DNA of 63,938 nt, filler included, from an uncultured bacterium (lineage in GTDB: Bacteria > Hinthialibacterota > Hinthialibacteria > Hinthialibacterales > Hinthialibacteraceae): assembly GCA_964449065.1 (NCBI GenBank). It is 7 parts of 7 records of this genome, joined end to end, with 100 filler letters (N's around TTAATTAATTAA, not from the genome) between each part and the next. Parts side by side here need not be neighbours in the genome. Positions count along the whole stretch, not along the records: positions 19,768 to 29,490 come from CAYVAZ010000195.1; positions 29,591 to 39,195 come from CAYVAZ010000197.1; 5 more parts are not named here. One strand, 5' to 3'. The stretch's first letter is position 1, and each line of letters opens with the position of its first letter. Positions 27,746 to 37,683 of the stretch are shown here, one piece after another. Made by a program: the position numbers and the translations under genes. The notes beneath the pieces are model-generated. The model did not search any database. It worked only from the letters and a program-made list of their open reading frames with translations, and had not been told where the DNA came from.

Positions 27746-28711
27746 TTAAGCACGCAATCCGGTTTCTTTGAGATAGCCGGCGAATACATCCAAATCGCGC
27801 TTGATGGCTTTGATGGTGTTTGTGTGTTCTTCTTCACCCTGGTCTTCGATGTGGTATTCGATGTGCATGGAGAACGGGCCGGTGAAGTTGATGTCTTTGT
27901 AAAGCGATAGGGTCTTTTTCCAATCGAGCATACCCTGCCCGACCGGCGGGAAGCGGCTGCGCCAGCCGTCACCGGTTTGATACCAGGCGAAGTCTTTGAT
28001 GGCGGACATTTTGATGTAGGGGGCAATGACTTTGAAGTTGGTTTCCCACGCGCCTTTGGTGCCTTCGGCGAAGCAGTGTCCGGGGTCGTAGTTGGAGCCG
28101 ACCCATTCGGTATCGACGCCTTCCAGCATTTTAAGGATATCCCAAATCGGGCCGCCGATATCGCCGCGTCCGGAATGGTTGTGGTAGCCCGCGCGGATGT
28201 TGTAGTTTTTGTTCATGGCGGCCAAGTTTTTCAGGCGCGCGTTGTGTTCGGCGAGTTGCTTCATGATGTCTTCGTCCATGTCGTAGCGCCAGGTGCCGAT
28301 GCGGTAGAAAGGAATGTTTAACGCGGAAGCGGTTTTGAGGATTCGTTCGGTTTCCGGTTTGTCAGGATCATAGATTGGTGTGGTGATCATGTTGACATCG
28401 AGGCCGACGCCGCGAATGGCTTCGACCGCTTTGGGCAGGTCGCGTTCCACGTTTTCGGGCAGAACGTGTCCACGGGGGCGAACGGTTAAATCGGCGCCGT
28501 CAAAGCCCATTTCGGCCAGGGTGTCGGCCAGGGCGTCGAATTCAAGCCAAGCCAAATGTTTGGTAAAGAGGTTAACGGTGGGGTATTTCGGCTTTTTGTG
28601 TGAAGCCGCATGGACGGATGGCACGGCTGCCGCGGCGGCGGTCATAGCCGCGCCGGCAAGCAAAGTTCTTCGATTCAGTTGTTTCGGTACGGATGTTTTC
28701 GCATGGTTCAT
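27746..28711 (-). CDS. Sugar phosphate isomerase/epimerase (TIM barrel), Tat signal
   Basis: NRRTLL; GFDGADLTVRPRGHV; YHNHSG; YDPGH; IKDF; MHIEY. Confidence 0.85.
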   Translation of the reverse strand: MNHAKTSVPKQLNRRTLLAGAAMTAAAAAVPSVHAASHKKPKYPTVNLFTKHLAWLEFDALADTLAEMGFDGADLTVRPRGHVLPENVERDLPKAVEAIRGVGLDVNMITTPIYDPDKPETERILKTASALNIPFYRIGTWRYDMDEDIMKQLAEHNARLKNLAAMNKNYNIRAGYHNHSGRGDIGGPIWDILKMLEGVDTEWVGSNYDPGHCFAEGTKGAWETNFKVIAPYIKMSAIKDFAWYQTGDGWRSRFPPVGQGMLDWKKTLSLYKDINFTGPFSMHIEYHIEDQGEEEHTNTIKAIKRDLDVFAGYLKETGLRA

Positions 28712-28858
28712 TGGTATTTCCCCTTTCAATATAAATCGCGTTGTGATGGTGTACTCAGGATGACTTTGTCAATTTATCACTTATACTTAAGTAACAAAAC
28801 TACCTTATTGAAAAACCGCCTGTTTTTCAATGCAACCAAACTCAGGGGGATGGAAAGA

Positions 28859-29490
28859 ATGACTACCCGAAACGTAAAACGCCGTACATTTATCATGGGA
28901 GCCGCTGCCGCGGGAATAGCGGGCTGCGCCGCTCCACGCAAAAAGACTCTCAAAAGCATGGGATATGTATCACCGAATGAAAAGGTGAATATCGCCTCGA
29001 TCGGCGCGGGGGGGAAAGCCCGCAGTGACATTGAAAGCTGTGACAGTCAAAATATTGTCGCGTTATCCGATGCGGACCAATCGCAAAGAAGCCCGCAGGT
29101 TCTACAAACCTTTGCCAAGTATCCGAACGCGAAACAATTCGCGGATTACCGCGTGATGCTGGATACAGTTGAAAATGAGATCGATGCCGTTATCGTCTCT
29201 ACGCCCGATCATCTTCATGCTTGTGCCGCATTGGATTGCATAATGCGCGGCAAACACGTTTATGTACAAAAGCCGTTAACCCACAACGTGATGGAAGCCC
29301 GCATTTTAACCGAAGCCGCCCGCGAATATAACGTGGCCACCCAAATGGGCAACCAAGGGCATTCCGGTGAAGGGGTGCGCCGCACATGCGAAATGGTATG
29401 GGCAGGATACATCGGTGATGTGACCGAAGTCCATGCCTGGACCAACCGTCCGATCTGGCCGCAAGGGATTGCGGAACCGCTGCCGGAAGA
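28859..29490 (+). CDS. Gfo/Idh/MocA oxidoreductase, Tat signal, truncated by contig end
   Basis: KRRTF; IGAGGK; DAVIVSTPDHLH; HVYVQKPL; TQMGNQG. Confidence 0.9.
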
Positions 29491-29590
29491 NNNNNNNNNN
29501 NNNNNNNNNNNNNNNNNNNNNNNNNNNNNNNNNNTTAATTAATTAANNNNNNNNNNNNNNNNNNNNNNNNNNNNNNNNNNNNNNNNNNNN
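29491..29590. other. Artificial contig linker
   Basis: 100 nt of N with central TTAATTAATTAA. Confidence 0.98.
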
Positions 29591-29708
29591 ATTGAATGGA
29601 GAAACTGATGGAGCCGTGCACAGGATCAATTGCGTATTTGGCGGTTGCCGCATACACAAGTGAAACAGAGCATACAACAATAAATAAACCTATAGACCAA
29701 GTTTTCAT
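29591..29708 (-). CDS. YceI-family protein, N-terminal fragment (truncated by contig end)
   Basis: Own translation: MKTWSIGLFIVVCSVSLVYAATAKYAIDPVHGSISFSIQ (signal peptide plus Y.IDP.H.SI.F); GGGAG RBS. Confidence 0.7.
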
Positions 29709-29856
29709 TTTGTTCTCCCTGAAATATGATTTGATTTGTCAAATTAAGAAGAGGTATGATGACATGAAATTTACTCATTAGGCAAGAGACGGGAGTAGAA
29801 TAAATTCGTAGGAAATGTAGGGGCACATTGCAATGTACACCTGCACGGATACATGA

Positions 29857-30864
29857 TTACATTTTTGGAACGGTATCAAACTGTTTGCCGATTCCCATAC
29901 GCGATTTGACTTCGTCCACGGTTTCACGCGCGATGGGGCGGGCTTTTTCGGCCCCGGCTTTGGTGATGTCTTGCAGCTGTTTGGGATTTAGCTGCAATTC
30001 TTGATAGCGTTGTCGCAGCGGGGTGATAAATTCCTGCAAGTGCCCCAACAACAACTTCTTGCAATCCACACAACCGATACCGGCTTTGCGGCATTCGGTA
30101 TCCACCATCTCAATTTCTTGCTTGGAAGAAAAGATGTTGTGCAGCGAGTAAATGTTGCAGATATCGGGGTTGCCGGGGTCGCTGCGGCGCAGGCGGTTTT
30201 CATCCGTCACCGCGGACATGACTTTTTTCTTCAGTGTTTCCGGCTCTTCAAACAGGGAAATATGATTGTTGAGCGATTTGCTCATCTTGGTTTTGCCGTC
30301 GAGCCCCATAATGCGCGGGGTGGGAGACAGGATCGGGTCCGGCTCGGTGAAATATTGGCCATACGCGTTGTTGAATTTGCGGGCAAGATCACGGGTGAGT
30401 TCCAGATGCTGAATTTGGTCGTCGCCCACCGGAACGGCTTCGGAACGGTAGACGAGAATATCAGCAGCCATCAGGGATGGATATGCCAGCAGACCAAGAT
30501 TGATTTCTTCATGCTGCTGCTGCGATTTTTCTTTAAACTGTGTCATGCGTTCCATCTGCCCTAATGGAGACATGCAGGTCAGCATCCATGATAGTTCGGT
30601 ATGTTCGGGAATATCGGATTGAATGATGATCGAGCAGTTTTCGGGGTCCAATCCGGTCGCCAATAACCCGGCGACCGAGTTAAAGACGGTTTGCGGCAGT
30701 TCGTTCGCATCGAAGGGCGTGGTGATGGCGTGGTAATCCACAATGCCATATACGCAGTCGTAGTCAGGAGCCAACGCGACATAATTTTTGATGGCGCCGA
30801 AGTAATTGCCGATATGAAATTCACCGGTCGGACGAATACCGGAAAACACGCGTTTTTTGGTCAT
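29857..30864 (-). CDS. trpS: Tryptophan--tRNA ligase
   Basis: SGIRPTGEFHIGNY (HIGH-like), YPSLMAADIL, VPVGDDQIQH, KMSKS. Confidence 0.97.
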   Translation of the reverse strand: MTKKRVFSGIRPTGEFHIGNYFGAIKNYVALAPDYDCVYGIVDYHAITTPFDANELPQTVFNSVAGLLATGLDPENCSIIIQSDIPEHTELSWMLTCMSPLGQMERMTQFKEKSQQQHEEINLGLLAYPSLMAADILVYRSEAVPVGDDQIQHLELTRDLARKFNNAYGQYFTEPDPILSPTPRIMGLDGKTKMSKSLNNHISLFEEPETLKKKVMSAVTDENRLRRSDPGNPDICNIYSLHNIFSSKQEIEMVDTECRKAGIGCVDCKKLLLGHLQEFITPLRQRYQELQLNPKQLQDITKAGAEKARPIARETVDEVKSRMGIGKQFDTVPKM

Positions 30865-31198
30865 GAGTTTGCCTTAGTGGATGATTTGTGATGTAAAATC
30901 TATGTAACAGGTCAGCCATTTGAAGCCGTTTCGCTCCCCCGTCATGAGAGAATATTGTTTTCCATCCATTGATTTGAACATGTTCGCTTCAGGCGGCCGA
31001 AATCTTACAAATCTACAATAAAATAGTGTGATAATATTTTTTTTAAAGAAGTAGAGTAAATTCAAACACACTTCCTATCAATTGTAGAAAGAAAAAAATC
31101 AAAAAGAACGTTACAGAAGGCAGTGGATGCATTAGGATTGATTTGAAATCATATTGTGGGTTAACAATGCGTTCCATCTTGTTTATGCAGAATTGTCA

Positions 31199-31309
31199 CT
31201 AGTACAGTGTCAACTTTTTTTTGACGGGTATCGATCCCCCCTAGCCCCCCTTAACAAGGGGGGAAACAACGGATAACCAGCCGCCATTTTTTGATTGACA
31301 GACTACTAG
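31199..31309. mobile_element. MITE-like element, family A, copy 3
   Basis: CTAGTACAGTGTCAA...TTGACAGACTACTAG with internal hairpin. Confidence 0.8.
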
Positions 31310-31547
31310 TAGTTCATCAAGGTTTACATGATGGGTGATAACTTAGCCATCTACATGAAATGAATGGGATCCGTCATTCACAAGCGTTCGCGCAGTATTA
31401 TACCCCCTTGCATAAGGGGGGTGGAGCCGTAGGCTCCGGGGGATTTTGCGAAGTTGGAAGCGTGCTTCGATCCCCCCTAGCCCCCCCCTTAACAAGGGGG
31501 GAAACAACGGATAGCCAGCCGTCATTTTTTGATTGACAGGGTACTAG
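31306..31547. mobile_element. Longer family A-related element sharing a CTAG with copy 3
   Basis: Left end CTAGTAGTTCATCAA, right end TTGACAGGGTACTAG; last ~80 nt match family A; extra CCCCCTTGCATAAGGGGG hairpin. Confidence 0.6.
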
Positions 31548-31896
31548 AAGCCGAGGCTCCCCACCACTTTTAGATCTTTGCGTACCATAAAAAGATAAGT
31601 ACGAAAAGTAGCCCAACTTGGAGAGAAAAGGCTTTGCTTTTTCAGGCTGATTTCCCATCAGTCAATCTAGATTCAATTGAAACCGTATTTTTTGCTTTGA
31701 ACAGACCGGTCAGAAATAGAGGGTTGCTGACGTGAGCCCACCAAAGTTCAATTATGATTTCCCGGGGATTTTGTTTACAGATGGTCTTCTACCAATACGA
31801 AATAGAATTGCTAGAAAGGGATTTTGGACAATGCTGTAATGAGCGAGCGGTCATTTCATTGGCTGGGGATGAGATGATCAAGATTAAAAACCGTAT

Positions 31897-31930
31897 CCAG
31901 CGGGTAGGATTGATGCATCCCACCCGCCGG
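31897..31930 (-). terminator. Putative intrinsic terminator of the flagellin gene
   Basis: GC-rich hairpin just past the stop codon; a T-run follows a few nt later on the minus strand. Confidence 0.5.
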
Positions 31931-31943
31931 ATAACCCACCTCT

Positions 31944-34472
31944 TTAGCCGAGGAGTGATAAGAAGCCCTGACTTTGGAAATTGGCCTGAGCCAATACCGA
32001 TGTTCCAGCCTGAAGCAATACCTGATTCAAGGTGAATCGCGAGGTTTCCGCGGCAATGTCCGCGTCGCGAATTCGGGATTCCGAGGCGGTCAAGTTTTCC
32101 GAGGCGACACTCAAACTGGAGATTGTCGCATCCAACCGGTTGGTGGCGGCCCCTAAAATAGACCGTGTCCGGTTGACTTGTTCTAATGCTTCATCGACGA
32201 TAGTGATCGCCTCTTCCGCTCCGGATAATGAGGTAATGTCAATATCCTGAACGGTACGTCCTGAACCCCGTCCAAATCCTAGGTTGTCGGCGCGAAGGTC
32301 TCCCACAGAGAATTCGAGGTTTTGTCCAGCGTCGGAACCGATTTGGAAGTTGAGACCCCGGTTTAGGGTTGAAATCAAAACGGTGGTTCCAGAATCGTTG
32401 AGGCCAACCCCTTTCGTTGCATCGACAATGGTGTCGAAATCAATGGTTAAGAACTTTGCTGTTTCTGTATTTGTCCCTTGTGTAAGGAACACGACATCTT
32501 GATCGCCCTTGCCGAAGGTAACATCCTCGCCGCCATTGAGCGTGCCGACAAATTCGTCTTCGACGTTGATTAGCGTATCATCACCATTGGTGAAGCCGCT
32601 GCCAACCCGGAAGGTGACTTGTGAAGTGGGAACACCAATTATAGTGGATTCTTCGGCTTGTAATGTGACGACATCGCCCGCTTCGGCGCGAATTGCTTCC
32701 CCGCCGTTTAAGCGGAAGGTTGCTTGTTCGGCGAAACCTTCTTGGATCAAATCCGCGTTATCCTGCAATGTGGTAGGGCCGCTGGCGAGGTCAAAAGTTA
32801 ATGTGAAATCGGTTTGCGAATTTGTACGGCCTAAGTCGTCGATCAATTGAAGAGTACCATTTGCCGTAAAGGTGAACAAGGCGTCTTCAAACCGCGCTTG
32901 ATCTCCATTGGTGATGGAGCCGCCGGAGAAAATCCTTGTTCGGAAATTCAATTCTTGGATCAGACCGGAAACACTGGCAAAGGTAAAGTCATCCAAATTG
33001 GTGGCGGCATCGACATCGTTCGCCCCGGTAGTGGGGTCAAAAGTGAATGCCGAAGAAAAGGTGGTTCCATCGGCGTTGGTTCCAAGCAATGAGATGGTAT
33101 CGCCTTCTTGAAGTGTTGTCCCACCCGTGAAAACGGCGCCGTCAAAGGTACCGTTTAATACCAACGTCCGTGTAGAAGTAGAGCCGCTAAGGGACGAGGA
33201 CCGGCTAATAATTCCCCCGTTCGCGTCCCGAAATACGATTTTGCTTTCAACGGTTCTTTGCTGGGCTGCTTGAGCGTCTTCGACAGAAATATTAAATTCA
33301 CCGGTAATAAAGGTGGAGCCTGTAATGGCCGTCACATTGTTTCCAACCGCACCTTGACCGCTTATGCCGGAATTTGCCCCCAATGCACCGGCCCGTGTGA
33401 CCCCATCTGATTTAATCGCGATACCGTTATTGCGCAACACGGCAATATCGATATTGGATTGATTAAAAAAGTCGCCGGAGCTGGCCAGTTCAATACGGCC
33501 GGCGTTGTTGCCTGTTCCGAGTTGAGCGGTAGTGCGGAAAGAAGTGGGGATGCTGGCAGCGGTGCTGACGCCAAAGAACGCCGTTTCTGCCGCGTCGATG
33601 GCGCTGTTAATGGCCGAAACCAAGTCATCAACGCTTGTCGCGGTTGTTAAACTTACGGTTCCGTTGAATGAGGTTTCACCATTGCTAAGCACGCCGTTGA
33701 AGGTCACAACCGCAAGACTGCCGGCGGCGGCGGCGGAAATAGAAACCCCATTAAAGAAACTGGTTTGCAACGCGTCCGCACCCACCGCAGCCGTTCCGTT
33801 AATAAATTGGGTGGATGTAAATATTCCGGTACTGACGGCAATATCAGTTTGATTCACGATTCCGGTGCTGACGATTTGCTGCCCGTCCGCAGGATCTCCC
33901 GCAACGATTTCCGAGCGGCCGACTTGCGTTTGCCGGATATTCAAGAATGAAGTTCCATTGTTCAAATTACTGGCCACGGCGGAAGCATCGATATTGGCGC
34001 CGACAAATTCTTGTCCGGCTTTCAGTTCCGATTTAATGGAAAAATCGCCGTTCAGCAAGAAGTTTCCCGCGAATTTAGTGGTACTGGCGATTCGAGTGAT
34101 TTCGTCAATACTTTGGGACACTTCATCCTGAATGGCCAGGCGGGATTTAAAGTCGTTGACCCCGGTGTTGGCGGCTTGGACAGCCAGTTCCCGAATCCGG
34201 TTTAAGCGGACGTTGGTTTCTTCTAACGCCCCTTCCGCGACGTTTAAGACGTTGATGCCGGTGGAAGCGTTGTCGACAGCTTGGTTTAAGCCTTCGACCT
34301 GGCTGCGCAAGCGGTTGGAGATAACCAGACCGGCCGCGTCATCGGCCGCGCGGTTGATGCGGAGGCCGGATGAAAGTCGTTCGATGGATTGCTGCAAGTT
34401 GTTACCAACTTTGTCGATATTTCGCTGCGCCGTAAGGGCAGATATATTGTTGTTAATTCGTGTGATTCCCAT
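31944..34472 (-). CDS. fliC: Flagellin (large, 842 aa)
   Basis: RINNNISAL...ERLSSGLRINRAADDAAGL N-terminus; FQIG; RSILGAATNRL...ENLTASESRIRDADIAAE...LAQAN C-terminus. Confidence 0.97.
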   Translation of the reverse strand: MGITRINNNISALTAQRNIDKVGNNLQQSIERLSSGLRINRAADDAAGLVISNRLRSQVEGLNQAVDNASTGINVLNVAEGALEETNVRLNRIRELAVQAANTGVNDFKSRLAIQDEVSQSIDEITRIASTTKFAGNFLLNGDFSIKSELKAGQEFVGANIDASAVASNLNNGTSFLNIRQTQVGRSEIVAGDPADGQQIVSTGIVNQTDIAVSTGIFTSTQFINGTAAVGADALQTSFFNGVSISAAAAGSLAVVTFNGVLSNGETSFNGTVSLTTATSVDDLVSAINSAIDAAETAFFGVSTAASIPTSFRTTAQLGTGNNAGRIELASSGDFFNQSNIDIAVLRNNGIAIKSDGVTRAGALGANSGISGQGAVGNNVTAITGSTFITGEFNISVEDAQAAQQRTVESKIVFRDANGGIISRSSSLSGSTSTRTLVLNGTFDGAVFTGGTTLQEGDTISLLGTNADGTTFSSAFTFDPTTGANDVDAATNLDDFTFASVSGLIQELNFRTRIFSGGSITNGDQARFEDALFTFTANGTLQLIDDLGRTNSQTDFTLTFDLASGPTTLQDNADLIQEGFAEQATFRLNGGEAIRAEAGDVVTLQAEESTIIGVPTSQVTFRVGSGFTNGDDTLINVEDEFVGTLNGGEDVTFGKGDQDVVFLTQGTNTETAKFLTIDFDTIVDATKGVGLNDSGTTVLISTLNRGLNFQIGSDAGQNLEFSVGDLRADNLGFGRGSGRTVQDIDITSLSGAEEAITIVDEALEQVNRTRSILGAATNRLDATISSLSVASENLTASESRIRDADIAAETSRFTLNQVLLQAGTSVLAQANFQSQGFLSLLG

Positions 34473-34483
34473 GTTCTTATCAT

Positions 34484-34517
34484 TCCTCCTTGAGGATTTT
34501 GGGCAGCATCCTGTGCC
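34484..34517 (-). promoter_or_regulatory. Two CsrA-type GGA hairpins in the flagellin leader
   Basis: Minus strand GGCACAGGATGCTGCC and TCCTCAAGGAGGA, the second overlapping the RBS; same layout as CsrA-regulated flagellin leaders. Confidence 0.65.
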
Positions 34518-34724
34518 GCCCAGAATAATTTTGGCTAAAGTGGTGCTGCATAGGCAGGAATGATTCGGCGAGTTTTCTCAACGACCGCATGCCGGGAAAA
34601 CGTGACGAAGCACTGCCTATTCATGCCGAGCCTAACCGCTCGACACGGGTGTACTGAATGCAAAGTGATGAATGCAATAAGAGGGGATAAAAATCAGGGA
34701 AAGTAGTTGGTGAATCTGGATCGA

Positions 34725-35028
34725 TGCTGTGCTCCCTGCCAAGTCCGAACAAAGGTTTCCGAGGCCTTTTTTTTCTACCGGTTCAAATCGGTGCTGATGA
34801 AACCGGTACGTTAGACGGGTATGGTAATTTATCCCACTGAATTTTGGGCTGTTCTCACCTCCTTATTCTTATCAAATTCAAACAAAAACTACTCAAGAAT
34901 GCTCATGCGAAGACGATAATGCATAAATAGAATGATCGCATAACTGTTGTATGCTTGGGTTAGATTGCTGTGCTCTGAACAAAGGTTTCCGAGGCCATTT
35001 TGTTTAGACGGGTATGGTAATTTAACCC
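34725..35028. repeat. Duplicated three-block motif in the flagellin/permease intergenic region
   Basis: Identical blocks TGCTGTGCTC, GAACAAAGGTTTCCGAGGCC and TTAGACGGGTATGGTAATTTA at 34725-34835 and 34966-35028. Confidence 0.85.
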
Positions 35029-35438
35029 TCTTTTTTTTACTAAACGGTCCAGACGCAACAATCTTTCCGCTTTCGCCTTGCAACACTCTCAATTTTTTTG
35101 GCTTCAACCCGGTTTCATATCATCCAAACTGGGCCAAAACGTTTATGGTTTCGCGCAATCGAACAGAGCGTTTCTGTTACTCAATTCTTTTACGCAATCG
35201 CACCCAAATTGGTTTGCTTCTCATACTCTTTCACTTCCTTTGTGACCAGCGTGAAGTCCCGCTTTGTCGATCTTAATCTTCGGCAACTTTATGTATAACT
35301 TTAGTGTTTTTTCCTGCCCTGTGCATTTTCGTGAAGGGAAATGGAAATGGTATCAACGGTTACCGAGGGCTTGAGAATATGGTAGGATAATCACAATTTT
35401 TTTGTTCTTTCTGGTTACCGCGTTTATAAATTGGGAGG

Positions 35439-36926
35439 ATGATCATGGAACTGAGTCCGCTGTACAGTTTGATTGTTGGTGTGGTATGTGTTTTATCCTT
35501 AATTTTGATATTCCGGTTTCATGCCTTTATCGCGCTCATTTTTTCTGCACTGCTGGTGGCATTTCTATCTGACCAGATTGAAGTAGTGGAAGCCATTCCG
35601 TTGGTCACCGGCAAGTTCGGCGAGATGATGGGGGGGATCGGCCTTCTATTGATTTTGGCCGCGATTATCGGCAAAGCCATCATGGATAGCGGTGCAGCAG
35701 ACCGTATTGTGCGGGCCTTTACCCGCTGGTTTGGTATGGGCAGGGAAAAATATGCTCTTCTGTTCAGCGGGTTTGTTTTGTCGATCCCGGTGTTTTTTGA
35801 TACGGTGTATTATTTGCTTGCCCCGTTAGGCCGGGCGGTGTATGCGCGAACGAAGAAGAATTATGCCCTCATTATCGCCTGTGTAGCTGGTGGCGGTGTC
35901 ATTACCCATGCGTTAGTACCTCCAACACCCGGACCTATTTTGGTTGCTGAAATTATGGGGATTTCAGTTGGATTTACAATTTTAATTGGTTTGTTGGCGG
36001 CCATTGTTCCCATGTTTGTTGGATTAGGATACGCGGTTATTGTGAACCGCTTTCTGCACATTACACCGAGCGATGTAATTGGGGTAACAGATGCTGAAAT
36101 TGAAGAGATGGCGGCCAAACCGGATTGCGAGTTGCCCTCATTGTGGTTTTCGATGCTGCCATTTGTGTTGCCCGTATTTCTGTTGGCTGCATTATCGGTT
36201 TTTGATATTTCCATCTTGCAATCGTTTAAAAACCTCCTAGAAGAAAATGGCCTGACAGATGCCAGAGAATTGCTACAACCAGAGAATTTTGAACTTTTTG
36301 TAGGAGAAGCCGGTTCTCTTTTAGCCTATAGTTATCTAGCGGTTTCTATTATCGGTGACAAAAATATTGCCTTCATGATTGGTGTGGTTTTAGCTGGATA
36401 TTTAGTGATTTCTTCGTTGAAAATTGGATTTAAGTCATTGTTTGACCGTTTTGAGCCTGCGATTGCCAGTGGAGCTATAATTGCATTTATTACTTGTGGT
36501 GGAGGTTCGTTCGGGAAAACGCTTGAAGCGGCCGGTATTGGTGAGTTTATCAAAAACCAAGCCGAATCGTGGGGGATTGAGATGATTGTGCTGGCGTATG
36601 GTACGGCGACACTCATTCGGGTGGCGCAGGGGTCCGCGACGGCCGCGATGATTATCACGGCGGGGGTGATTGCCCCGGTCGTTACACAAATGCAGATGGA
36701 TCCTGCCACGCAGCTTCCGTATCATCCGGTTTATCTGATTTCCGTCATCGGGTTTGGGGCGACCGGGTTTTCATGGATGAACGACAGCGGCTTTTGGATC
36801 TTTTGCCGCATGAGCGGGATAACCGTCTACCAAACCTTGGCGATTTGGACCTGCATGTTGACGGTGATCAGTATCTCCGGATTTGGATGGGTGTATTTGC
36901 TGACGAAAATTTTGCCGTTGGTTTAA
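35439..36926 (+). CDS. GntP-family permease
   Basis: FRFHAFIAL, DSGAADRI, SIPVFFD, HALVPPTPGP, RVAQGSATAA, SWMNDSGFW. Confidence 0.92.
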   Translation: MIMELSPLYSLIVGVVCVLSLILIFRFHAFIALIFSALLVAFLSDQIEVVEAIPLVTGKFGEMMGGIGLLLILAAIIGKAIMDSGAADRIVRAFTRWFGMGREKYALLFSGFVLSIPVFFDTVYYLLAPLGRAVYARTKKNYALIIACVAGGGVITHALVPPTPGPILVAEIMGISVGFTILIGLLAAIVPMFVGLGYAVIVNRFLHITPSDVIGVTDAEIEEMAAKPDCELPSLWFSMLPFVLPVFLLAALSVFDISILQSFKNLLEENGLTDARELLQPENFELFVGEAGSLLAYSYLAVSIIGDKNIAFMIGVVLAGYLVISSLKIGFKSLFDRFEPAIASGAIIAFITCGGGSFGKTLEAAGIGEFIKNQAESWGIEMIVLAYGTATLIRVAQGSATAAMIITAGVIAPVVTQMQMDPATQLPYHPVYLISVIGFGATGFSWMNDSGFWIFCRMSGITVYQTLAIWTCMLTVISISGFGWVYLLTKILPLV

Positions 36927-36967
36927 TGCCGGTTTCCAGGTAAAATGAAACTGAATCTTAAACTCTT

Positions 36968-37534
36968 GTGGATATTATGATGGCTATACCTTCTCCAACT
37001 TCCGTTCAATTTACGTACGAAGACTATCTGAATCTTCCGGAAGATAGACGCTATGAAATTATTGATGGAGAACTGTATATGGTTCCCGCACCCTTTACCT
37101 ATCATCAAAAAGTACAGGGTAAACTTTTTTATCTCATTTATGATTACGTTGAAGATCATGATTTAGGAGAAGTCTTTTCCGCGCCGATTGATATTCTTTT
37201 TTCCAAAACGGATGTGGTGCAGCCGGATATCATATTTATCGCGCATGAAAACATGCATATTTTGAAGAAAGAGAATGTGCAGGGCGCGCCGGATTTGGTG
37301 GTGGAAGTACTCTCTCCGTCATCGGTCAAACGGGATTATGAAATTAAAATGAAATTGTACAGCCGGTTTGGGGTAAAGGAGTATTGGATCGCCGACCCGG
37401 ACGCGAAATCGGTTAACGTGTATATCCGCCAAGATCAAATGTTAACGCCGCACAATGCCTATCAGTATGAAGACACAGTGCATTCGCCCTTGCTGACGGA
37501 TATCAACATCCCGCTGCAATCCGTGTTTGAATAA
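36968..37534 (+). CDS. Uma2-family endonuclease, copy 1
   Basis: TYEDYLNLPEDRRYEIIDGEL, VQPDI, GAPDLVVEVLSPS, GVKEYWIADP. Start may be a few codons downstream. Confidence 0.92.
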   Translation: MDIMMAIPSPTSVQFTYEDYLNLPEDRRYEIIDGELYMVPAPFTYHQKVQGKLFYLIYDYVEDHDLGEVFSAPIDILFSKTDVVQPDIIFIAHENMHILKKENVQGAPDLVVEVLSPSSVKRDYEIKMKLYSRFGVKEYWIADPDAKSVNVYIRQDQMLTPHNAYQYEDTVHSPLLTDINIPLQSVFE

Positions 37535-37683
37535 ATCTGAAAAACAGTGATTAGTGGCGGGTGATATGTATTTCGTTGGTAACAGTGGGTCAAAACGAGG
37601 CCGCCGGTTCAGAAGATTTACGCACACGGCCGTTTTGAATCGCGATAGAGATAAGACCTAAAGCAATAGATGATACCAAGCAA

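Noticed and set aside
30865..31198. T-box leader upstream of trpS
   Set aside because: No GGTGGTACCGCG-like T-box sequence found on the minus strand.
31944..34472. Flagellinolysin (protease-containing flagellin)
   Set aside because: No HExxH motif in the variable region.
34560..34600. Sigma28 promoter for flagellin
   Set aside because: A GCCGAATC -10-like element exists on the minus strand but there is no TAAA -35 at the expected spacing.
34776..34810. Hammerhead ribozyme suggested by CTGATGA
   Set aside because: No stem II followed by a separate GAAA, and the heptamer is absent from the second copy of the motif.
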